DNA from: Octopus vulgaris
Taxonomy: Eukaryota
Length of the DNA stretch: 64,000 nt
Assembly (NCBI GenBank): GCA_951406725.2
Contig: OX597836.1
Coordinates: forward strand, 31,682,001-31,746,000
Reading direction: 5' to 3'
In this document: positions 26,873 to 39,135 of the stretch, piece after piece
Layout: the number at the start of each line of letters is the position of its first letter
Numbering within the stretch: position 1 is the stretch's first letter
The notes under the pieces: model-generated
Databases searched by the model: none
The model's input: only the letters and a program-made list of their open reading frames with translations
Told to the model about the DNA's origin: nothing
Position numbers and translations under genes: made by a program

Positions 26873-27567
26873 CTTGTTTTATTTCTATTCCTGAGTGCCA
26901 TACTAATACATTATTTGTTTGTACTCCACCTGCCTTCGTCTTTTGTTTATTTTCGTAAACCTTCCCGTTATATATATATATATATATACACATATAGATT
27001 CAGTTGAATTAGGTACTTAAATTGAAGTACCTTGTTAGGGTGAACTTATTTGCACGCTCAAAAAACATTAGGTGAGTATCAAATTCTACATAGAATTTCT
27101 TCCATCTAATATTCTTGCAGTGTTTGCAGATGGCATGATCCAACTTGGTGAGCAAATCCACTCTTGTTTGTTCAGACATGTATTTTATATAAAGATACTT
27201 TCCAAATACTTCCAAAGTACAGATTCCAAGATTCCAAGATAGATGAGTAAAATACAAATGAGTAACAAAGATGTACAAGTGTCAATTCATTATGGCTGTT
27301 TGGAGTAACTCATTTAATTGGTCAGTGAAAGCATTACATCGTTACAAAGAAAACCGTTCTCATCAGATGACTGCAAAGCATTTCGCCCGGCGTGCTAACG
27401 TTTCTGCCAGATCGCCACCTTGTAACAAGATTATAATCGTTGCCACTGTATTTAACATGTATATATAAATGTGTGTGTACATAAATTATAATTATTGCAT
27501 TTCTTCCGGTTCTTAACATCCTGAGTTCAAATCATGCCGAGATTGAACTTCACCTTTCACGTTCTCA

Positions 27568-27955
27568 TCAGATGACTGCATAGACTTCAAGCATAAAAGA
27601 CAAGTTAGATATTCCAACATATTCATATCATCAATAGAGAGCAACTATCTACATTGAGTCCATAGCTAAATTTTTTGGCAGAATGAAAAAAGGACAGCAT
27701 AGAGGCCGACAAGCTAGAAATTAGCTACAGGGAGACTACATTCTCCCTATTGTTTTCGATGTGTAGATAATGGGGTTATTACTCTCATTCACCCTCCCCC
27801 TACACTCACACACACACTAGCCTATGCTAATTTCTGGCTTGTCTGCCAAAAAATTAGCAGTGGAATCATTGTAAATATTTGCTCTCTATTGATGATATGA
27901 ATATGTTTGAATATCTAACTTGTCCTTTATGCATGAAGTCTATGTGGTCATCTGA
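27568..27955. mobile_element. Fold-back/MITE with ~115-bp inverted arms
   Basis: 27568-27682 is an imperfect reverse complement of 27842-27955. An inner inverted pair is also present (GACAAGCTAGAAATTAGC/GCTAATTTCTGGCTTGTC). Confidence 0.8.
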
Positions 27956-28380
27956 ATAACTTATATGAAAATGACCAGTCAGTCAACAAGAAACTTGGTA
28001 GAATTCAGGACTTTAGAAACCTACTGTTCCATTATATCATTAAAACTTAAACAAAAACATAGGTGCAGATGTGGCTGTGTGGTAAAATGTTTGCTTCCTA
28101 ACCACGAGGTCTTGGTCTCAGTCCCACTGTATGGCACATTGGACGAATGTCTTCTACTATTATCCCAGGCAAGTCAAAATCTTGTGAATGGATTTGGTAG
28201 ACAGAAACTGAAAGTAACCAGTTGTACATGCATGTGTATATATCTTTATGTTTCCCCAGAAACCCCCAGCCATGTAATCGTGAAGTGAACTTATTTAGCC
28301 ATGCTGCCATGTCTGTGTCTGTATTCATCATATTTATATAGAAAGAAGTTTAGATAATAACCAGGCATAGATCTACTTAC

Positions 28381-28510
28381 TTTTTAATCATCCACTGATT
28401 TCTGGTTGTGATATACACATCTCCTGACCTTGGGTTGTTAAAGAAATGGGACAGCTTTGGGATAGAATCTTTGGTGAAGATTTTCAAATTTGAATGACTA
28501 CATTCAAGAT
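28381..28510 (-). CDS. ENPP: ENPP-family exon (130 nt; NLECSHSNLKIFTKDSIPKLSHFFNNPRSGDVYITTRNQWMIK)
   Basis: ttgcag|AT...AAAAA|gtaagt. Resembles ENPP1 [34 protein letters not shown]...QW. Phase 1 to 2. Not in the ORF track. Confidence 0.9.
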
Positions 28511-29306
28511 CTGCAACAAATGAAAAGCATGAAAATAAATTATAATAATTTTCCTAGGTACAGTGCTTAATTTTTTTTTTTTTTTTTTTTGGGTGGTGAA
28601 AGAATAATGTTTCAGATCAGGTATAAAAAACCTTTTCTGAGAAATGGGCCACATGAGACTTGGTACATCATCAGGCAGTCCACACTATTAAAGATATTTC
28701 AAGGTAGTTCTTCGTTTTTGTGCCACTCAGAAATTTCCCAGGTTGCAGTTTGCCAATAACTGTGTTAGACCAACAGCTCCCATTCTATATTTCATGAACC
28801 TCAAATGGTCCACAAGGATCCAAAAGTTGTGTTCAAGATTTTGAAAGGCTATAGTATAAAGTGCATAAGCACTCTACTACTTTACATGAATCATTGAATC
28901 ACATAACATCTTTCAAGTGAGAGATGTTAATAAGTACTGTCTTTAGTCTTGGGGCTCATAGGGCCAGTTACCAGGTTTGCATGGTGTATAACTGTCTGAG
29001 ATCACAGCAATCCCCCTGGATGGGACACCAATTCATTGCAGGGTTACTCACTTGCAGCTGAGTGGACTGGAGCAATGTGAAATGAAGTGTTTTTGTTCAA
29101 GAAGAAAATGCACCGTCCAGTCCAGGAATTGAAACCGTGATCATGCAATCATGAAACACTCTAATCACTTACGCTATACACCTTCAACAAAGAAATGAAA
29201 CTGGTAAAAAAATGGACTGGTTTTTATTTAATTAAATCAGTTTATTGAGAATATTAGTCTATCAAAAGCCTGGAATCCATAGTTAAATTCATTTAAATAA
29301 AATGGA

Positions 29307-29471
29307 TGCAGGCATGGCTCTGTAGTAAGAAACTTGCTCCCCAATCTCATGGTTCCGGGTTCAGTCCCACTGCATGGCATTTTGGGAAGGTGTCTTCTAC
29401 TATAGACTCAGACTGACCAAAGCCTTGTGAGTGGATTTGGTAGAAAGAAACTGAAAGAAGCCTGTCTTATA

Positions 29472-29508
<37 letters not shown>

Positions 29509-29510
29509 GT

Positions 29511-29576
<66 letters not shown>

Positions 29577-29818
29577 GCGCACGCGTGTTTGTCTTTGTGT
29601 GTGTGTTTGTCTTCCTATCACTGCTTCGCAGCTGATGTTAGCATGCTTATGTCCCCATAATTTAGCAGTTTGGCAAAAGAGACTGATAGAATAAGCACTA
29701 GGCTTACAAAAACTAAGTTCTGGGGTGAATTTGTTCAACTAAAACCCTTCACTGCAGTGCTCCAGCATGGCCACAGTCAAATGACCGAAACAAGTAAAAG
29801 AATAAAAGAATAAAAGAG
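29307..29818 (+). mobile_element. SINE family A with long (TG)n
   Basis: Family-A modules. Confidence 0.85.
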
Positions 29819-31199
29819 TTCTTCGTTTTAAGTAAGTTGGAATCTGCCGTTTTAGACTTTTGCATCCTTAGTTGTGGATATAAGATTTCAATGAAGCAGG
29901 GGTAAAGCAATGTATTCACAGATGTAACTTCCAACTACCAACATGTGAAACTCCAATGCTTTCTTCTCCCTCATTGAGACACATTACTCTTTATAAGAGT
30001 TCAAAGAGTCTATCTTGTAATCACATAGGGGTGTTAGTGTCTATCATCACAACACAGTTAATGAAGTAGATTCCAATTTAATACTTATTTTACTAGTATT
30101 AGTAGGATGATAGGAATGCTGTGTTTGGAAAGAATTCAACACCAAAATATGACATACTGAAGATGGAGAGTCTAAAACTTTTTTATGACTTAGTCAAGTG
30201 TCAGTGGGGAGTGAGTATGATTCATCTGTTGAGCCTCTGAGGCTGGTAAGAGAAAGACAGGAAGAAATTATAATTCATTGGTTATACCCAGACAAGAGAC
30301 TTGATTGAAATACTTGCTTCAAAGTCATCTCTGCTAAAGGGACTCAACAGCTTTGGTTGGCCTGAGGCTATAGTAGAAGACACTTCCCCAAGATGCCATG
30401 CAGTGGGACTGAACCTGGAACCATGTGGTTGGCAAGCAAGCTACTTACCACACAGCTACTCCTGCGCCTATATTGTTTAGAATATTTTTTAAAATTCCAG
30501 TTTTTATATATTTTTATCAAAATATAGTTTTCAATATTCTTTTCAACTAAGAAATTTTCATTCACTTCCAAGAAATTTTCATTCACATTGTTTAATGTGT
30601 TAATTCCTTCTCTCACTCTCTCTCTTTCCATTTCTTTATCTATGAGAGTTAATCTGTTTGCTGGAATCTCCTGTTCATGTTATCGTAATTCATATGATAA
30701 AAGAGAATAAAAAACATATCATTTCCCATCTCTTTACATTTGTGGTTGTACATATTAGGTTATTAATACATTTTAGTATTCATATTTCAGATCAAATATA
30801 TATGTCGAGGGTAAAGAAATAAGTTAGATCCAACAGTAAGTTTTTTCCATATGATTATCTTCCTATCCATCCCCTAGAATTTTTATGGTATCTTTAAAAA
30901 AACACTTTGAACATCAGAGATTGAAAGTCTGCGGATGTTTTTAAATGAAAAAAAAATTTTCAACAACAAACTAGTGATCAAAATATATGTCATGAAAAAT
31001 AAAATTTATTAATATACATACTCTTTAAATTCAAAGAAAATTTATCTATATACACAACGAAATATATTTATACTCACCTGATATACAAAAACTACATTTA
31101 AACAATTTAAATATGACTTTTTCATCTTTAACAATCTACTCAATACTCTTCTTCCATGATTTATACACTTAACACATATACAAACACAGTACTCTCTTT

Positions 31200-31593
31200 T
31201 TTCTTTTACTTGATTCAGTCATTTGACTGCAGCCATGCTGGAGCACTGCCTTTAATCGAGCAACTCGACCCTGGGACTTATTTTTTTGTAAGCCCAGTAC
31301 TTATTCTATCGGTCTCTTTTGCCGAACTGCTAAGTAACGGGGACATAAACACACCAGCATCGGTTGTCAAGCAATGCTAGGGGGACAAACACAGACACAC
31401 AAACACACACACGCATATATATATATACATATATACGACGGGCTTCTTTCAGTTTTCGTCTACCAAATCCACTCACAAGGCTTTGGTCGGCCCGAGGCTA
31501 TAGTAGAAGACACTTGTCCAAGGTGCCATGCAGTGGGACTGAATCTGGAACCACGTGGTCGGTAAACAAGCTACTTACCACACAGCCACTCCT
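31200..31593 (-). mobile_element. SINE family A
   Basis: Reverse complement of family A. Confidence 0.88.
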
Positions 31594-33172
31594 GATATTT
31601 TTGTTTTTTATTTTGAACACAGAATTGCTGTTAGAACAGCAAGAGTACTGGGTAAATTACCCTTACAAAGCAGAAAAATTTGTCATCAAACAACCATGGG
31701 ACTTGAACCCATGTCCTTGAAAGACTCTGGCTGAGTGCTTAACCATTAAGGTAAACTGCCCGCTGACAAATTTATCCATAATTTTAGATGCTAAATAGCT
31801 AAATGCACATCTACATATATATAAAGTCTTTAGTTGGCCCGAGACTATAGTAGAAGACACTTGCCCATAGTGCCATGCAGTGGGACTGAACCTGGAATCA
31901 TGTGGTCGGGAAGCAAGCTTCTAACAACACAGCCACGCCTGCACCTAAGTAGTCATAATAATAACCATAATAATAGTCCTTTCTATTAAGGATACAAGGC
32001 CTAAAATTTGAGGGAGGGGACTAGCTGATTACATCAACCCCAGTATTTCACTGGTACTTAATTCATTGACCCCAAAAGGATGAAAGGGAAAGTCAATGTT
32101 ATCCAGTGGAAAGGCAAAGGCTGATACAGGTTGGCACCAGTGATGTCGCAACTCATTTCTACAGCTGAGTGAACATGAAGAAAGGTGTCTTGCTCAAGAA
32201 CACAACACAGTGCAGGAATTGAACTTGTTACCTCATGATTGTGAGCCTGACATGCTAACTACTGAGCCATGCTCCTGAACCTGACAACTGATGCAGACAA
32301 CTGTATTCTTTACAGGAAAATATAGAGATGATCAAGAAAATATGTGACATCAGATGCTTTGATGCTTTGGGCTGTGAATTGGGTGTTAATGAATCTAAAT
32401 CTCGTTCCATTAACAAAGTATGAAGAGATGATTCATTTATCACTGGTTTTTCTTTTAACCAAAACCCTTTGATAAACGAGGATAGAAGTAAATAACATTG
32501 TTTTTATGTTCTGACCTGGAATAATTAAACAAACGAATAATGATGTTGTTGTTTATTGCTTTTTTGTTATGTTGCATTCAAATTATTTTATTTTTTAATT
32601 TTTATTTTTTGAAATAAATTTTTTTTCTTTTTTTTTTTCTTTCCTGAACAAACATTAAGATAAAATTGAACCTGCCAGGAAACTTCAAAGATAGATTTAT
32701 AGGAATGGTTATTTGGATATCAGGAAACATTTGGAAAAGCTCACACAGAATGAGCAATCACAAAGAAACATTTTAAAGATGAGAAAAAAAAAAAAAGAAA
32801 AATATCAGAAAAAAATAAAAAGATAAAACAAAGAACAGAAAATAGCAAGAGTCACCTAAATGTATTAGAAATCATACAAAACAATAAGTGAAATTCACAA
32901 AATATGTTAATACATTATTGCCAAAATGGAAGTGAGATTTGCCAGAAGATGTTTTGGTGATTGTGAATGCGGATGTATGCACATGCCTATCTATATTTGT
33001 TATGTGCAGTTGCATGCATGTGTGTGAGCATGTTTATGTGCATTGTAGAAAACTAGGTTAGCTGATAGTTTCGGTAAATCAACAATTTGATTCTATTTTT
33101 ACTTCTTGTATTTAAAATTTGCAACACTTTTGTTTAGCTGTTTAATACATACATATACATACATACCTACGT

Positions 33173-33229
<57 letters not shown>

Positions 33230-33434
33230 AGCATGTGTGTATGAGAGAGGAGAAGTTAGTGTGTGTGTGTATATATATCTATATATACATACATACATAC
33301 ATATATATATACATATATATATATATGTATGTATGGATGTATATATATATATGTATATATATGTGTATATATATATAGAGAGATAGATAGATAGATAAAT
33401 AGGATAGAGATGTACATACATATATATATAAATG

Positions 33435-33494
<60 letters not shown>

Positions 33495-33541
33495 CATACA
33501 TACATACATACATACATGCATACATATGTATGTATCTATAG

Positions 33542-33616
<75 letters not shown>

Positions 33617-34308
33617 TAAATAGATAGATAGAGATGTATATTTGATATTTTTCCTATCCATTTTCTCTTCCACTTGTTTTGCTTCTGTTGTCATCTTTTA
33701 CCCCATGCCACCAAATATATATAGACAAATTGAAGGAAATAATAATGCCATTGGGGAAAAACACAAACCCTTTCATTAAAAAAAAAAAATAAAATAAAAA
33801 AAATCTTATTAATAGTAGTGAGAGGACTTGAACAAAAATATCTATTGATCTATTGATCTTTAGGCCAGAGTTGCAATTTCAATGTAGAAAATAAATAAAG
33901 GTCTCTTTCATTTATTATACTAACTCTATAGAAGAGAGGCTTACTGTTGCTTTGTTTATTGTCTTTTTTTTTTCTCCAATCAAGAATATTTGGAATTGTT
34001 GATGGGGGCAGAGTAAAATGATTTTATATAATTAAATATAATTATAGAGCACAGGTGTGGCTCTGAGGTGAACAAGTTTGCTTTGCAATCACTTAGTTTC
34101 AGCTTCCATTCCAGTAAGTTGCACCAAAGGTAAAAGACTTTTGCTATAGCCTTGAACTGATAAATACTTTATGAATGTATCTGCTAGATAAAAATTGAAC
34201 GGGAACCCGAAGTGTATGTGTATATTTTATCTATCTATCATACATACATACATACATGCATACATACATACATACATACATGCATACATACATACATATA
34301 TACATACA

Positions 34309-34450
<142 letters not shown>

Positions 34451-35071
34451 GAATATAGGCATAGGAGTGGCTGTGTAGTAAATAGCTTGCTTACCAACCA
34501 CATGGTTTCTGGGTTCAGTCCCACTGCATGGCACCTTGGGTAAGTGTCTTCTACTATAGCCTCGGACTGACCAAAGCCTTGTGAGTGGATTTAGTAGACA
34601 GAAACTGAAAGAAGCCCATTGTATATATGCTAGGTTATGGGGATGTAAACACACCTACACTGGTTGTCAAATGGTAGAAAGAGACAAACAGCAACCCACA
34701 CACATATACATACATATATAAATAAGAAGGGCTTCCTTCAGTTTCCAACTACCAAATCCACTCACAAAGCTTTGGCTGGTCCAAGATTATAGCAGAAAAC
34801 ACTAACCCAAGTAGCCACATAGTGGGATTGAACCTGGAACCATGTGGCCGGGAAGCAAATTTCTTACCACACACCAACGCCTGCACCTATATAATGTAGC
34901 CTGCACCTATATAATGTTCAAATTCCGCCGAGGTCGACTTTACCTTTCATCCTTTCGGGGTCGATAAATAAAGTACCAGTTTCGCACTGGGTGGGTGGGG
35001 GGTCGATGTAATCGACTTAATCCCTTTGTCTGTCTTTGTTTGTCCCCTCTATGTTTAGCCCCTTGTGGGCA

Positions 35072-35448
35072 GTGTCGGTGGCACATAAAAACACCATCCG
35101 AGCGTGGTCGTCTGCTAGCCTTGTCTGGCACCTGTGTCGGTGGCACATAAAAACACCATCCGAGCGTGGCCGTTCGCCAGCTTCGTCTGGCACCTGTGTC
35201 GGTGGCACATAAAAACACCATCCGAGCGTGGCCGTTCGCCAGCCTCGTCTGGCACCTGTGTCAGTGGCATTTAAAATCACCCACTACACTCTCGGAGTGG
35301 TTGGCGTTAGGAAGGGCATCCAGCTGTAGAAACACTGCCAGATCTGACTGGCCTGGTGCAGCCTTCGGGCTCCCCAGACCCCAGTTGAACCGTCCAACCC
35401 ATGCTAGCATGGAAAGCGGACGTTAAATGATGATGATGATGATGATGA
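35072..35448 (+). mobile_element. Family D retroposon tail with 62-bp internal tandem. Other copies: 10760-11083, 39853-40048(-), 40790-41060, 50495-50830(-), 59440-59678, 63285-63450
   Basis: GGTTGGCGTTAGGAAGGGCATCCAGCTGTAG...GCATGGAAAGCGGACGTTAAA(TGA)n tail. Tandem units start at 35072, 35134, 35196 and 35258. Confidence 0.8.
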
Positions 35449-36016
35449 TATAATGTAGCAACTGTGTTCATTGAAGGTCATTGCTTTATTTGGCAAAGCC
35501 ATAACCTACTTCGGCATTTCTAATAAAAACCTGTTTGATCTGCACCCATCATAGAAATCTAATCTTTCAGAATGGTTCATAATAGACGCAAGAATATTGC
35601 TTTAGGTCATTTCTGTTGCATAAGGCATATATTTGAACAGGATTACTAACCCTGGAATCGTTTTGGCAGAACACTAAAATATGATTCGGTACAGTGTTTA
35701 CACGGAAGATTTAATGATTAACAGAATGTAATAAATCAATTCTGTTTTGTTCATAATGCAAAAGTATTCATTCGTGTATCTCAGACATGAATATGTAACG
35801 TTCATAGTTACTCCAAATGAGCAGACCATTCCACAATGTTATTCTAGTTTTATGTTTGAGCAGCAACACTCAAATTCTTTCTTCCGAGACAACAAATGGA
35901 ATAAATGGTGGAGGAGTGGGCCAGCTCTTTTGTCATACACTTATTTTATTTATTGAGCTGTGGTCATGCTGGGAGCATTACCTTGAAGGTGAAGGGACTT
36001 AGTTCAACAAATCAAC

Positions 36017-36321
36017 AATTATGTACATCATTTACATTATTTACATTATTTACATTTGACGGGCATATGGCTTAGTGGTTAAGAGCATGGGCTACTAACC
36101 CCAAGATTCTGAGTTCGATTCCAGGCAGTGATCTGAATAATAACAATGATAATAGTAATAATAATAATATCGAAAAATTCTTTAGGAATGAGAACCCAGG
36201 TTCGAAATTTTCCCAAGACATCTGATGAAGGCTGGAGGGTATATCAGCTGAAATGTTGTGTTAACAACAAGCAAGATGAGGACAAATATCCATCAAATAT
36301 GAATAATGTAAATAATGTAAA
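36017..36321 (+). mobile_element. tRNA-headed SINE-like element with hammerhead and inverted 3'-end copy
   Basis: A box TGGCTTAGTGG and B box GAGTTCGATTCC (36068-36122). Hammerhead at 36217-36262. 36031-36062 is the reverse complement of 36290-36321 (29/32). Flanked by AAATCAAC direct repeats. Confidence 0.65.
36217..36262 (+). ncRNA. Minimal hammerhead ribozyme motif inside a tRNA-headed element
   Basis: GACAT-CTGATGA-A-GGCTG gagggtatat CAGCT-GAAA-TG-TT-GTGTT. Deviations from an ideal fold are CpG-type transitions. Confidence 0.6.
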
Positions 36322-36444
36322 TCAACTGCTGTATTTATGGTCTTTTAAAGTCTGGTCCTTATTCAATCTCTTCTACTGAGCTGGTAAGTTACATTATCAT
36401 TTTTTAAAGCCTGGTTTTTATTCTCTTCGTCTCTTTTATATATG

Positions 36445-36501
<57 letters not shown>

Positions 36502-36829
36502 ATATATATATGCATATATATATATATACATATATATACATGTATATATACAAATATGTATATGCATCTAAGTGTGTATAAATATCTAATGAGTGTGTAT
36601 ATAAGGATGTGTATGAAGGAATGTACATGCATTTATATGGGTATATGTGCATATATATATATATATGGGTGTATGGATATATATACACATAAATATATGT
36701 GTATTGGTATATATACAATTTAGTATACGTGTACCTATTTCTATATCAGTGTGTAGGTTTACATAGGTATATGTAAATCTATGTACATCTGTGTAAACTA
36801 ATTATAATGTTATTTGCATTACCAAAAGG

Positions 36830-37680
36830 GAGTAAGGGAAAGGAGGGGAGGGAAAACTTCTTGAAAATGTTCAGGGAGAGCAGATAGGGACTTCCTGGAA
36901 AATTCCAAGGAGGGGCAGGAAGGAGGTGAAGGACTTCCTGGAAAGTTCAAGGAGGGGTGGAAGGACATCCTGGAGAAGTCCAAGGAGGTGGAGGAAGGGG
37001 AGAAAGGACTTTCTGGCAAAGACCGAGGAGGGGTGGAAGGAGAGGAGGGAAGAAGGACTTCCTGGAAAGTCCAAAGAGGAGTGGAAGGACATTCTGGAGA
37101 AGTCCAAGGAGGGTGAGGAAGGACTTCCTGACAAAGATGAGGATGGGTGTAAGGGGAGGATGGAGGAAGGACTTCCTGGAAAAGTCCGAGGAGGGGAGGG
37201 AGGACGAGGGTCAGGAAGGGTAGGAGGGGAGGAAGGAGTGGAGGATGGGGAAGGACTTCCTAGAAATGTTCACGGGGTGGGGGGAGGAAGGACTTCATGG
37301 AAAAGTCCAAGGATGGGAAAGAAGACTTCCTAGAAATGTTCATGGGGTGTGGGAGGAAGGACTTCATGGAAAAGTCCAAGGATGGGAAAGAAGGATTCCT
37401 GGAAAAGTTTGAGGAGGGAAGGAAGGACTTCCTGGAAAATTCCAAGGAGGGGAGGAAGGTGAGGAAGGACTTAGTGGAAAAGTCTGAGGAGGGGAGGAAG
37501 GACTTCCTGGGAAAGTGCAGGGAAAAGTCGAAGGGGGGGAGTGGGACTTCCTAGACAATTCCAAGGAGGAGGGAGGGGAAGAAGGGGAGGAGGAACTTCT
37601 TTGAAAATTCCAAGGAGGGGTGAGTGAGACTTCCTGGAAAAGTCCAAGGAGGGGAGGGAGGAGGAGGAAGGGGAGTTAGG
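36830..37680. repeat. Degenerate purine-rich minisatellite (~30-40-bp unit)
   Basis: Recurrent AAGGACTTCCTGGAAAAGTCCAAGGAGGGG core with variable GGA/GGG spacers. Confidence 0.85.
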
Positions 37681-37795
37681 ATGCAAGCAGTAAGGCCGCT
37701 ATGCATGCAAGACTCCAGGAGTTCCAACAAAACCTGAGTTAACAACAACAACAACAATGACCAGAACAGCAACAACAACAACAAATAATAATTAC

Positions 37796-37945
37796 TTTTT
37801 ATGAATTCTGTTCTGCCTGATGTACTGGTCGAGTTCCCTTCTGCCAAAGCTATCATAGCAGATGTCCTTCCATTAATCTGCCAATCAATATCAGGGTTAT
37901 TAGATGGAAGCTGAATTGTCAATTCTGGGGAAGTCTTTATGATCC
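37796..37945 (-). CDS. ENPP: ENPP-family exon (150 nt; IIKTSPELTIQLPSNNPDIDWQINGRTSAMIALAEGNSTSTSGRTEFIK)
   Basis: ttctag|GG...AAAA|gtaatt. Phase 1 to 1; completes SDHG and gives A|AT=N with the next exon. Open frame, but divergent in sequence. Confidence 0.8.
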
Positions 37946-38141
37946 CTAGAAACAGAAACAAATATATAAATGAAGACAAATATAAACAGTCTGAAATAGA
38001 TTTTCTTTTTGAATATATATAAATCTTACATAGTAAAATCGATAAAAAGAAAACAGTGAACTTTCGATGAGGAGTGGAAAATCCAACGTTTCAGACAATA
38101 TCCTATTGCAGAGAAAAGTTGAAAGGCAAGAAATGAAATAA

Positions 38142-38346
38142 CATATTCTGTTGTGTCTGGGGAGAGTCATTTTCTTTTTGTGCCTTATAATATAACACAC
38201 TCACCAGTAAAATTTCCACTTTTTTCTTATTTTTATTTTCCCTAAAATTTTCGTTGTGTCTTGCAACCTTTTCAATAGTTTTGACTACAGTGTTATATTA
38301 TAAGGCACAAAAAGAAAATGACTCTCCCCAGACACAACAGAATATG
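38142..38346. repeat. Perfect 57-bp inverted repeat with 91-bp spacer
   Basis: 38142-38198 is the exact reverse complement of 38290-38346. Confidence 0.92.
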
Positions 38347-39135
38347 CTTCGAACTCATAAAGAATCTTGCAAACCAAATCCAAAAACAAAATGAAATAAC
38401 AGTTTTACATCTAAGTTAGTCTTTTGCACATTGTCGGTGCATCATGTCACCATATGAGTTTTTCTCCTCTGTTGTAAGAGAGCTGTGGCAGGGGAAACAC
38501 TTCTAGAGAAAATGCAGTGTGTTAAAGGCAAAAAAAAAAAAAATTGCTAGCTGCAACTTAGAGGATGTAGCACTCTGCTAACTCTCATTTATTTCTTTCC
38601 ATTCAAGTTTTTCATAAAGAAGGACAAATCAGGTTCACTGAACTCTTTTCTATCCATTTCATGACATGATATAAGCCTTTTTGCTGTAGACCAACCCCAG
38701 CTTTTTTGAAGTCTGTTTGATCGTATCTAAACCTTAATCTACATAACATCTCTGTTATAGTAATTGTTGTTTAGCCTAAGTTAGCCTTGATCAAGACACT
38801 CCAATCATAACCATCACATCTTTTTGTATATTTAGGACTACGTTGTCTAGTATGTAATCATGACATAATTTCTTATTTCCTTGCCATTTTAATTTCTTAT
38901 AAATATATAAAGAAAGAGGAAAAAATTAACATCACGCTTACATTTTTTAACATAAAACATGTCTAGAGTCTTATATTCTGTCTATAAAAACAATTTGACA
39001 TTGATGATACGTTTTTCTAGGAAGGCTTTGCAAAGATAGTTTTTAAGTTATTTAAAGACAAAATTGTAACAAAATTAAAAATATAATTTTATATATCAGT
39101 ATATATAATATACCGTGAGTAGATTTATATTATTA

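Noticed and set aside
36061-36133. Possible tRNA gene
   Set aside because: The acceptor stem does not pair and the sequence runs into a retroposon body, so it is a SINE head. The same applies to the other A/B-box heads.
36819-37686. Collagen-like or charged ORFs (EEGLPGK repeats)
   Set aside because: Products of the purine-rich minisatellite, with frequent frame changes and no splice support.
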